64,000 bases of DNA from Hormiphora californensis. Its lineage: Eukaryota > Animalia > Ctenophora. The stretch is taken from positions 5,146,001 through 5,210,000 of the forward strand of contig CM035361.1 of NCBI GenBank assembly GCA_020137815.1, read 5' to 3'. This document shows, piece after piece, positions 1 to 11,618 of this stretch. Under the pieces are notes generated by a model. That model saw nothing but the letters and a program-made list of their open reading frames with translations, ran no database searches and was not told where the DNA came from. Position 1 is the stretch's first letter. Every line of letters starts with the position of its first letter. Made by a program: the position numbers and the translations under genes.

Positions 1-1227
1 CTTTCTAACTCTACTAATTCACTTTGTTCACTTCACAATCCCTTCTGAATGTTCCCCCAGCAGTCCCTAGCAATTATCAGAGTGATTACGTCTCGTTGTT
101 TTGTCCCGTCCCCTCTCTTCTTGTTGAGTTCCCCCTTACTCAACAACTCTCTTCAGATCAAATCTCACACTTAGCACTCTTCTCTATTCTCTGATCTCTC
201 CCTACCTCCCACCCCCTCCGCCCCGCCCCCTCCACCCCCGCCCCACCTCCCCCACCCCTGCCCTTCCCAATTTAGGGCACTTTGTTACACAGGCCACTAC
301 AGCGACAATCCTTGTGTTTTGGTGCACTAAGTCGCTTATCGCGTGTAACAGTTATCAATGGTCTTATCTATATTATCCGACTTGTCTTCTAGAACATTTT
401 ACACTCTACGTTGGTACTGCCCCACGCCTTATTTGTGTTTGATCGTCTTTTATCTTTACCTGTAATTGAAAGGAATACACCTCTCACCTCATCACCAACA
501 ACATCACGGTATCAATCATACATCAAATACTGTAAGTTCATCTGTCTGTATTGACTGTTCATTCTCCAAACGGCCCCACCCGGCCAGTCTGAAGAGAGTC
601 CTCATCCCGAAGACAGTTCTCACAATGCTGATACCCAAGTAGACACCGAGCCGATTGCAAATATCAGACCAGTTGGTCGGTTTGTGCCGGAAGAGATCGC
701 CAAACTGATCCTGGAAAAGATCAAACCCCCTGATCTCCAAGTTCTGAGTTCTGCATGTGGAATCTCGAACAAGTCAGCCGCTTCAAGCATTAAAGTTCTG
801 ATATCCACCAAATTCCAGTCGATATACGATGGAAAATATCTATTTATCCTTTGAGGTGATCATATTGATTCTCATTGTAACGTTGAGCATTCTCAACCAA
901 CTGGTAGGTTATGGATACTAATCAAGTAATACCTTCCACCTTCGTTGAGCTGCGTGAGCTTACTCAACCCCACCGAATCTGCTTTACCCAGTCAGTGGGT
1001 AATACCCACCGAATCGTTGAGTACTCTCAACATCCCGTTAGGATATGGATTCCATTACGGCAATCCAATCCAATATTGATATCTTTAAAACAACCCTAGT
1101 TGAGCATACTCAACCCCAGCACTGTTTTCTTGAAAGTCCAGGGTTGCTAGAACCAAGAATTACCTCACGAACTCTCTCATTTTTTATGTGTGTCATACTT
1201 ACTTACTTGATACTTGGAACGGTCTCC

Positions 1228-4200
1228 TCAATCATTCGAGTGGCCGGCTTCCGGTATCCTCACTCTTAGCGTCGTAAGCTGTCGCCATTCGTTACGGTTC
1301 ATTGCAGTCGTAGTAATTGTACGGATAGACTGGGATTTTCCTGTAGCGTCTCGATAATCATTTAACACACAGGAGGACCAAGTTTTTCGTGGTCTTCCTC
1401 TGGATCGTTTTCCATGACTAGGCACCCAATGATAAAGTCTGTTGGGAACCCTATCCTCAGGCATTCTAATCATGTGCCCAAACCATCGGAGTCTCCCATT
1501 GCCAATGAACGCAGATAATGGTTCTATCCCAGCTCTCTCCAATACCTCCCTGTTAGACACCCGCTTATACCATTGTATTCTCAGGATTCTCCGCAGGCAC
1601 CGTTGGTGGAATGCCTCCACGCGGCGATCTTGCACCTGGGTTGTTGTCCAGGCCTCACAACCATAGAGAAGCACCGTCAGAACAGCAGCTCTGTATATCC
1701 TGATCTTGGTACAGGTCCTGATGTTACGGTTGTACCAGATCCGACAAAGCATACTGAATGCACTGTAAGCTTTCCCTATCCTGATACCCAGCTCCTTGTC
1801 GATGGTACCATCAGAGGACAAAGCCGATCCGAGATAGGTAAAACTGGAAACCTGCTCAACCGGATTACCCTCCACAGAAATGCTGACCGTATCCGCCTCG
1901 GAAAATGGGCGCTGGCTAAGACCCTTTGAAAAAGCTACAACTTTGGTCTTCTTCGCGTTAATCTTCAAGCCAGCATACCCTGCGTATTTTACCAGCAAAT
2001 CCGTAGACTCCTGGAGACCTTCCTCAGTATCATCCATAACAGCCATGTCATCAGCATAGTCGAGGTCCATGATCCATTCCCCACCCTCATCACTCTCAGC
2101 GCCGTGAAGAGTGAGACCCCTGGAGACAGTCTTGTTGGACTCAGCAAGCTGAGCCGCCCAGTTAATCACGATGTTAAAGACTGGAGGACCCTGGATGTCG
2201 CCTTGACCAGTACCACTGAGAACACTGAACCAGCTGGAGAGCTCCCCACCATGTCTCACTGCACTCATAGTACCGTCAAAGAATGCTCGAATTATCCGGA
2301 CATACTTCTCTGGAAGACCGTAATGGCGAAATGCGGCCCAGACGAAATCCCTGTTTATACAATCGAAAGCGGATTTGAAATCAATAAAGTTTATATACAA
2401 CGGTAAATTATAATCGATACACTGGTGGATGATGGTACGAAGGGAATAAATCTGATCCACACAAGACCGGTTACGTCTGAATCCACACTGATTCTCTCGA
2501 AGTGCCAATTCAAGACCAGAAGACAACCTGTTCAGCATAATTATCTGGAACAGCTTGGAAGTGGTAGATCGCAGAATGATGCCCCTATTATTTGAGCACA
2601 CACTGGCGTCACCCTTCTTGGGAATCACCGAGATGACACCCTTTAACCACTCCTCCGGGACCTTCTCCTCCCTCCAGACTCCCCCAAACAGATCCACAAG
2701 GGGGCCAACGAGACCGGACGAGCCATACCGTAGTTGTTCGTTCGTGATCCCATCGACGCCGGGACTCTTATGGTTTTTGAGCCTTTTCAGTGCTGTCAAT
2801 ACTTCTACACGAGAAGGTGGAGGATCATCCTCACCAAGGTCCTCAAAACACGGGTCCACATCCAGACCATCCAGATCCGAGAGCTGTGATGTAGTTACAG
2901 GGGGGTTTAACAGCTCAGAAAAGTGCTCCGCCCAGCGGTCCCGCTGTTGAACAGGATCAGCGATGAGTTCACCATTCCTATCGCGAACAGCAGCACCACC
3001 ACGTTTCCTCACACCCGAAAGATCTTTCATGTGCTGCCAAAGCTCCCTCTGCCGCCCATGCACCGCAGCATCCTCCAAATCCGATGCCAAACCATCCGCC
3101 CACCTTTCATCGTCCAACCGTGCTGCTTTCTTGACCAGCTTGTTCAGCTTAGAATACTCAGATCCACCCTCGGGATCATTCTTCTTCAGCTCAGCACGCT
3201 GTGCGATGAGGTCTCGAGTCTCGAGAGACAAGTGCTGCTGACGGATCCGCTTCGGCCGAGCTCCCAGAACCTCAAGTGAAACCTCGCCGATTACCTCCTT
3301 AAGTTGCCCCCACTGACCCTCCAGACTTTCCTCAGGTTCTAAGGCGTCAAACCTGTTCTGGAGAGAGACATTATATTTCGTGCGTGTCTCAGCGCACCCC
3401 TTTCTCAGATTCTCGACAGCAGGAACCTCCCTAACTGATTTCTTACAGTTCTTAGCTGAACTGAGCTTAATACGGACCTTCCCACGAACCAGGTAGTGAT
3501 CAGACCCAATGTCCGCACTCCGCATCACCCTCACATCAAGCAGTGAACTGCGCCACTTGTTACCAATACAGATGTGGTCGATCTGTGTAACAGTTTTACC
3601 ATCAGGGGACTTCCAGGTTCCTTTATGATGATCCTTATGAGGGAACATCCTTCCACCAACAGAGAGCTGATAGGTACCACACAAATCCTCCAGCCGCTGA
3701 CCGTTATCATTGGACACCGTATGAAGAGAATGTCCACCACCAACCCTGGCGTTAAAATCACCACCAAGGAAAACCACGTCCTGTCGGGGAAGCCTATCCA
3801 GAACCGATGAAAGCTGGTTATAGAACTCCTCCTTAACCGCGTCATCCTTGTCATTGGTGGGAGCATACGCAACAACAATAGAGATGTTCACGTGCTTGGT
3901 GTGTAGTCGGGCTCCTAGAATCCGTTCAGAGAAAGGGCTGTAGGAAATTAAGGACTTCTTAGCAGATTTAGATAAAACAATCCCGACGCCCTGCCGTCTC
4001 AGACCATCTGCCCTGCCAGAGTTAATAAATAGAGACCCGTTGTCTAGGGTACTCGTCTCCACGCCAGGCCAGTGCGTCTCTGTGAGGAGCAAAACGTCGA
4101 GACGGAAAGATGAAACTGCGTTAGATAATTCAAAAAGTTTGGAAGATGATGACTGTAACGATAAGACATTCCAAGTTGCCAGATGAAAATAATTACGGAC

Positions 4201-4428
4201 TGCATTAATCGGCTTAAAAGAACTAAAGGAACTAAAAGAACCAGGGGCGGCCACACCAGGGACGTCTTGGCCAGAAATAACTCTGCGATTAAATGACACC
4301 AGATCCGAGACTCCCATCAGGTCGGAGGGCCCCGAAACACCTGAATCAGCTTTACCCTCCTCCCGTCCTCTGGTCACCCTAACCTCGCTGTCCGGAGTAA
4401 GGTGCTTGCCAGCATTCGCCGACGCCAA
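1228..4428 (-). mobile_element. RTE-clade non-LTR retrotransposon, intact single ORF (AP endonuclease + reverse transcriptase)
   Basis: 1066-aa ORF with APE motifs (ATWNV, LTETHW, GDFNAR, IDHI, SDH), RT motifs (QCGFR, FIDFKSAFD, QGD, YADD, FTYLGS) and an RTE-type C-terminus (RLRWFGH..R..GRPRKTW). A TAAG-like tail lies at ~1195-1216. The ORF track starts at TTG, so the real start may be the ATG further in. Confidence 0.95.
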
Positions 4429-5912
4429 ATTTGAGGATGCCGAGAGATTCGTAGCAAGTTATTAAAGTCAGACGGGTTGCCAACCCGAAAAACCGCAACG
4501 TCCTCAGTCTTTAGTCGAAATCAGGGTGGACCGGCGAGAAGGTAGACTTTTTGGACTTGATGTATGAGAGGGATGTGTTGCGTAATCGCTACAGCAAACA
4601 TCATACACCCATTTCCACCCCTTGTGTGTCATTGTGTGTCATATGTGTGTCTTTTGCCTGCCTACTGCATTTTTTACCCGTCCCCCTTAGATTTATTTTT
4701 CTTCGAGACTTGTTCTTTTTTTACTACTTTACGTTTTCTATTTTATATCGCTCCCACTTTTTACCCTCCTGTAATCCTTATCCCTGCCCTTGTTGACCAC
4801 TTTACGCTTTTTAGCCTTTTTATTATGTATATTTTTATTATTTATTTATTCCCTTCGCCTATGTTTTCCTTTTTTACCCGAGCGTGTCAATTTTGCCTAA
4901 CAATATTAACTTTAAATTAAACTTTTAAACACCTTAGCATTTTTATTTTATTTATTTTTTTAATCTCATCTGACAATGAAGTGCCATTATAGATGTATAT
5001 TGTTTAATTCCTGTTTAATTCCTGTTTAATTCCTGTCTGATGTCGAGATCCCAATTCCAGTCACGTGACCTTATAACGAGAGAGTGATTGAAGTAGAGAG
5101 CAGCATCTGTCTGGTATCCTACAGCTTGTTACCACTTCCAGACACCATGATCATGTCTGCTTGGTCAAGGTGAAAAAGGAGAGCGGTATCCTTGCAGTAA
5201 CACGTGACGAATTCGTGTAAGAGGCCTCATTAGCCCACTAGAAGCAGCTGGACATGTGATCTTTGAGGGGTAAAATGACCTAAATTTGGCCTAATTAGGG
5301 CGTGTTACATCACTTTAAACAGTTCCTGTGAAAAGACGGTAAAAGTTATCAACTCGTAAAGCAGACAAAACATTCAAAATCGTCTTATCTGTCTCTCCTA
5401 ACAAGAATCATTGCATTATGTATTCATAATGCTGTGTTTCCCTGCCCTCCCGTTTCACGTGTCACTGTCAACAGGATCAAGGCTTGGTCATAATGTAATG
5501 TGAGATGTATACGATCTAGCTGCCCCTCTTATCTTCCCCTTATGCCCCTCTTATCTTCCCCTTATTGCCCCTCTTATCTTCCCCTTATTGATTGTTGCAT
5601 GTCATAGGGGAAGAGGCACATAGGTCCGATGCTGAGTAATGACAGAACACCTAGGGGTGGTTAACCACGAGTCCTAAAAAGACTGGCTGTATTTTATGTA
5701 CGGTGGCAAACGTGGGCTAAAGTGTGTAGTGAACCACTGAGCATGCACCACTCTGCCTTCTATAGGCTTAGTGGAACAAACCAGTGGTAAATTATGCACT
5801 CAGAGTCCTTCAGTTCAACTCCTATTATATGTTGTCCTGGCTAACTCTAGAGAGATCCAGCCGTCCCGGAGTGGTGATCCGGACGGGGTAACCGCAACCA
5901 AAGAAAAACAAT

Positions 5913-8834
5913 ATGAACAAAGTTATACACAGAACACGCATAGGCACTTTCAACTGCAGAACACTCCGAACAGCTGACAAAGTCAGCGAGCTGGCTTATC
6001 AATTCTCTAAACATGGTATTGGTCTTTTGGGTATTCAGGAGCACCGAATTGTCCATCCAGAGACTGTTAAGAGAACCCAGGCTGGGCCAGACTCAATCCT
6101 ATTAACATCGACAGCCTGGCGGAATAGTATGGGAGCGTCTGTTGGAGGGGTCGGAATCTTAATGGGGACCAATGCATCGAAGCTCATTGTTGAGACAAGA
6201 GTGGTTTCTAATCGGATCCTGGCCGTCACCTTCGCCGGCAATCCCAAGCTAACGCTTGTTACCGTATACTCACCGACAGAGGGTGCCGAATTTGATGAAG
6301 TAGAACAGTTCCATAACGAGCTAAGAGAATATCTACACGAAGTACCTGCTCACAATCTCCTGATTGTTTGTGGCGACTTCAACGCTCGCCTTGGTTGGGA
6401 AGGAACTAGTTCTGGATGGTACTATCATCGTACCACCAGCCGTAACGGTGTCCTTCTGAAGGAAACTATGGAGGAAACCAACTTGGAGGCCACCAACATT
6501 AGATTCCGGAAGAAGAAGAGTCGTTTGTGGACATTCCTGTCGGACGGGACACAGCGGAAGGCCACCCTGGATTATATACTAATAAGGAAGAAATGGAGGA
6601 ATAGTATTAAGGACACCACGACGTCCGAGGCGTTAAGCTCCCTTGGATCTGATCATCGGTTGCTTATCGCCAAGGTCAAACTCACCCTACGGAAGAGGAA
6701 GACTCTGCCAGGAAGACCGAATCTCGACTATGGTCCTCTCAGAACCGACCCGGACCTGAGGGATCGTTTCTCTGTTGAGGTTCACAACCGATTTTCCTGT
6801 CTAACATCTACTGCTGAAGACGACCCAACTACGAACTATGGTCACTTCATTAGCGCAGTACAGGAAACGAGTAAAGCTCTCCTTGGGAAGAAGCGAAAAC
6901 GTCTGAAAGACGTTGTGGCAGAGGACTATAGAGTTAAGCGAGTGAGGACAGAGTTGGAGTGTGCCAGTAAGGAGTATCACGAAGCACCAGACGAGAGGAC
7001 GAGGACCAGAGTAAATAGGGCGAAGGAGGGGTTATCGGGGGCCTATGGAGAGGTTGAGTCGGAGATTATTGAGGGTAAGATTAGGAGGGTAGAGAATGCT
7101 GCTAGGAATGCTAAGTCACGAGAAGTTTGGAGGATAGTTAACGAGGTCTCTGGTAGAAACCTGAGGACAGCTAGTCAGTTGGAGGGGGGCTCACCGGAAG
7201 AGAGGAATGATATATGGTTGAATCACTTCCGAACCCTACTAGGGTCTACACCATCAGGGTCATCAGACACGGAAGTCGAACAGCTCTTCCCCCCGGCGGA
7301 CATCTTCACTGGCAGCTTCACTCTTGAGGAATATCAGAGGGCCAAGAAGAGGATTAAGGAGGGGAAGGCTTATGGGGATGACAGCATCCCTCCTGAGGTT
7401 CTGAAAAGGTGTGATCTGGATGAGATAATGCTGGGGTTTTGTAACGGTGCTTTAGAAGGTAAAGGTATTCCAGAACAATGGACAGTGAGTAACATCATTC
7501 CTGTTCCGAAGAAGGGCGACCTGTCCAAGCCTGGGAACTACCGTGGTATTGCACTGACTTCAATAGTTGCTAAAACGTTGAACAGGATGCTACTACATCG
7601 CATCCGGCCCTATATTGAGACTAAACTCCTTGACTCCCAGAACGGATTCCGAGAGGGACGCTCAACCACCAGTCACATCTTAACACTGAGGAGGATACTG
7701 GAGGGTGCGAGGAGGAAACAACTCCCGGTGGCCATGGCTTTCATCGACTTTGTTAAAGCCTTTGATAGTATCAACCGTTCCAGCCTGATCAAAATCTTAA
7801 GGGCATACGGCATACCAGATGCTATCGTCGATCTTATCCAATGGCTCTACACTAACACCAAAGCGCAAATCCTTACAGCTGACGGCGTTACTGCTATATT
7901 TGAGATCGTGGCTGGTGTCTTACAAGGCGACACATTAGCCCCGTATCTCTTTATCATAGTGCTGGACTATTGCTTACGGATAGCACTCAGTAGACACCCG
8001 GAGATCGGTTTCACTCTGAGACCTGCTAGGAGTAGGAGAGTTGGGGCATCCAGAGTTACTGACACTGGCTTCGCGGACGACGTGGCCCTGCTGGCAAACT
8101 CGGTTGAGGAGTTAGGGGTTTTACTTCGTGAGGTTGAAACGATATGTAAGGAGGTTGGTCTGGCTATTAACCAGAACAAAACGGAGCTCATAGTGGAGAA
8201 CATCCCAGATCCAGAGCCGCTTCTTACCTGTGACGGACACACCATCAAAACAACCGATGACTTCAAATACCTGGGTTCGTGGATCAGAGATTCGAACAAG
8301 GACATCAAGAACCGGAAGAGTAAGGCATGGGTTGCCTGCCACGGCTTGAAGAAAGTCTGGAACTCAGATCTTAAAGACGAACTCAAGTGTAGGTTATTTG
8401 TTGCTACTGTCGAAACCGTTCTCCTATACGGATGTGAGACCTGGACCCTCACCAAACAAATGGAGAAGAGTTTAAATGGAGCTTATACTCGTATGTTGAG
8501 AATGGCACTTAACAAGAACCAGTGGCAACTCCGCATGACTAATGGCACGTTGTATGGTATTGGAGGGTTACCCATTCTCAGCACTAAAATAGCGGAACGA
8601 AGACTACGACTTGCCGGACATGCACAACGACACTCAGAGCTGACACTCCACAAAGTCCTTCTTTGGGAGCCTACTCACGGTCAATGTAAACGTGGCAGGC
8701 CCTCGAAAACCTTTGTGGATGTTCTACGGCAAGATACGGGTCTGGGAGACATGAAGGAGATAGCTTCAGTTATGGAGGAACGTGATGCGTGGAGAAAACT
8801 TGTTCAAGGCGTTCGGGAATTCCACCCGCCTTAA
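5913..8834 (+). mobile_element. RTE-clade non-LTR retrotransposon, intact single ORF (APE + RT); 5' UTR from ~5600
   Basis: 973-aa ORF with GTFNCRTL, IQEHR, GDFNAR, SDH, QNGFR, QGDTLAP, FADD, FKYLGS, RLRLAGH and GRP; taagtcaagtaag follows the stop. Confidence 0.95.
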
Positions 8835-8938
8835 GTCAAGTAAGACTGTCAGTATACTTCTCACATAGCTTAGTTTACTCACATGACACTTGCTAACCAG
8901 CTTTTGACATTCCAACTTAACTAGGTACTTATCTAACC

Positions 8939-9211
8939 GGAAAACGTTAAAATCTGGGTGCCTTTCATTGCTAACAATTCGTAGTTTTGGCGCGCGCGAC
9001 GGGTTAGGGCTATCCGTTAGGGTCTGGTTAGGGTTTGGTTTGGGGTTACCGGTTAGAGCTATCGATTCTCTAACTGATACCGTTTATTTTACACAAATCG
9101 GCCATGTGGTTCCATGGCTATAGCCGTTTGAAAAAAGTCGGTCTAAGTATACTCTTTTGGCAGCGCGCACCTGTAAACAGGCTGCAAGGCACCCAGATTA
9201 TAATCGCGCCC
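8939..9211. mobile_element. Mutator-type MITE family M1, intact copy
   Basis: 26-bp imperfect terminal inverted repeats (TIRs) GGAAAACGTTAAAATCTGGGTGCCTT / AAGGCACCCAGATTATAATCGCGCCC, a 9-bp TSD TATCTAACC and internal GGTTAGG-like repeats. There are four copies in the window. Confidence 0.85.
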
Positions 9212-9344
9212 TATCTAACCTCTCACACTCGACTCGCAAGATGACAATGTGTATGTAACACGTGAAACACGCGGCAGCGCTATTCATGTTTTGTTGAGTG
9301 GCGCACGCATACACGTCCATCAAACTGTGTCACTGCAAGTGTCA

Positions 9345-10543
9345 AGCGTAAATCGAAGGTGGATATTGAGGAGTGTCTGGCGAAGGTGAAGAGGTGGATG
9401 GTGGGGCAGTGGTTGAAGTGTAATGAAGCCAAAACGGAATTCATCCTGCTTGGAAAGCGCAGTTCTTTGAGTAAAATCAACTTTGGAGGAACGGAAATCT
9501 TCCCCAGTGAATGCAGTGGAGCAGATGGGAAAACCTTGGGAATACTCTTGGACCACAATCTTAATCTTGAACGACAGGTTAACAATGTGAGGAAACAGTG
9601 TGGGCTGATACTACGGAATCTTTGGCAGTTACACAGATGTTTTGACATTCAAACGAAGATAATGTTGGTGAAACAATTGATTATATCGAGGATTGATTAC
9701 AGTAATATTCTGTACTGTGGACTTCCGGCCCGAGTTCTTGGTGGGCTCCAGAAAACACTAAACTCCTGTGTACGCTTTATATTCAACATCCATGGGCATC
9801 AAGAGGATTACTCGGAGTACTTCAGGCAGTGTCATATTTTGCCCATCTCCTACAGACTGGACTTTAAAGCCTGTCTAATCGCTTATAAGATAGCCCATGG
9901 AACAGCACCAGGTTACCTCCAGGAAATGGTTCCTCTTGATGAAAACTGGGGAGTCTCCAGGACAACAAGGATGACAAATGTTATTGATCCTTACAGATTA
10001 AAACACCCCAAGATGACCAGTATCAACGCCAATTCTAAATTGAGACGTAGGAGACTATCAGTATTTCTGCCTGCTATTTGGAATGAGCTACCCCTTGAGT
10101 TAAGGTCGATCCCCAACGTTGATACCTTTAAAGCTCGCCTGAAAACACATCTCTTCGTTGGTGCATTTGGAGTGGGTGATGGGGAACCCATGGCTGAGTT
10201 GTAATGTTTGTTGTAGTTGTGGGGTCTGCGGGCAATAAGTGTCATCCTCTCTCTAGTCATGTTATTAAATCACTATCTGGTATCCTTTTTTGAGCAGGTG
10301 TGAGTATAGCGTGTTTAAAATTATATCTACAGGTTTATGGGACCAGTTATTCCCCCAGTTTGATAAGTCCAGTTAATTTGGTTTTCCATATATTGTCTTT
10401 TTCAACCAGAATTGTTCGTGTGAGATATTTTTACTCTAGGATATACCGCTCTGATGACTCGTCGGAACATCGCCAATATTTTGACATGTTTCCGTCGGGT
10501 ATGGGCGGTATATAAGCGCGGAATATTATTATTATTATTATTA
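9345..10543 (+). mobile_element. 5'-truncated L2/Crack-like LINE (RT C-terminus + 3' UTR)
   Basis: ORF 9359-10204 has WM..QWLKCNEAKTE, LGILLD, SRIDYSN and WNELP..FKARLKTHLF. It ends in an L2-type gcggtatataag...(TTA)n tail. Confidence 0.85.
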
Positions 10544-10595
10544 GTGCTTGCAGTTTCTAACGTAAATTGATCATAGGGTGGATTAAGAAAACAAA

Positions 10596-10599
<4 letters not shown>

Positions 10600-10655
<56 letters not shown>

Positions 10656-10665
10656 GAGAGAGAGG
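10600..10665. repeat. (GA)n microsatellite (others at 40260-40318, 46457-46562, 58821-58907, 61975-62035)
   Basis: Seen directly in the sequence. Confidence 0.95.
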
Positions 10666-10823
10666 GGGAGGAGTTGAAGAAGTCACGTAACCTAATGAGA
10701 GTCATGAGACAAAGACCCCCGGCCCAGGTGTGAAACTGTATGTGCTAGGATTTATATAATTGCACTACTCCTCCCCGGTGTGACAAGAGGGCTAATTGCT
10801 AGACCGTTCATCAATTATCTCAA

Positions 10824-10928
10824 GAGAATAAGGATCGGTTGATTGTTTATTAGTTTATTTATTCTTCTACAATAAAAACCACGTCTACTAATTTGTCCAG
10901 CCGGAAGGAGAAAACAAAACTTCCTCAC
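10824..10928 (-). mobile_element. Short 105-bp copy of the Penelope-like pseudo-LTR family (inverted arm + tail only)
   Basis: 12-bp TSD CAATTATCTCAA at 10812-10823 and 10929-10940. Both ends match the ends of the 13886-16346 element, in the opposite orientation. Confidence 0.8.
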
Positions 10929-11618
10929 CAATTATCTCAAGGTTGCATGACAGTCATTTCACAGAGTAGGTGTGCGTTCCAAAACACTACTAGCCGATCT
11001 GGAATGACTCTTTTACCAACTTATGAACAAATATATAATCGGTCTAAGGAAACTAATAAATTTTATCAAATCTTTATAGAAATTCGGCCAAAATCCGCAT
11101 ATTTCGTCAAAAAATGGTGACAAATGGAGACGAATGGTGACAGATGGTGATGGTGACATACCCTAAAAGAGTCACCATTTGTCACCATTTGTCACCATGA
11201 TTACCCCCTTCTAACTGTACCAAATGACCCGATAACTAAACGGATTTTGGGTGACATAAATACAAGTATATTTCGTGAAATAATTAACGGCGAACTTGAA
11301 CAATTATCACTTACATTCTCTCTGCAGAGCGTTTCTGGCATTTTGGCACTGGAAATTGTGCCAAAACCGTGAAAATGTTACTATGTAGTCCAAATAACAG
11401 GCGATCAACGAAATAGCTTTAAGCTTGTATTGTTAATACCTAACTATTAATAATAGTATGGGTCATATTGTATGTCTGTTTAATATCGTTATATTATACA
11501 GTGGGAGGATCATCAGCTATGCTACGTATTAATAATATTTGTCCCTGGGGGATGATCTGAGCAGGAAACAAGTTCGAATATCATTATTATGGCTATCTTA
11601 CATTATTATGGATATATC

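Noticed and set aside
516-811. Two overlapping short minus-strand ORFs
   Set aside because: They may be a frameshifted remnant, but no family was recognised.
1187-4643. TGTGTGTCATA as the TSD of the first RTE
   Set aside because: The motif is low-complexity and locally repeated, and the element's 5' boundary is uncertain.
8939-9211. Telomere or Helentron interpretation of the GGTTAGG-containing repeat
   Set aside because: All four copies have 9-bp TSDs and equal-length TIRs, indicating a Mutator-type MITE, and the telomere-like motifs are short and degenerate.
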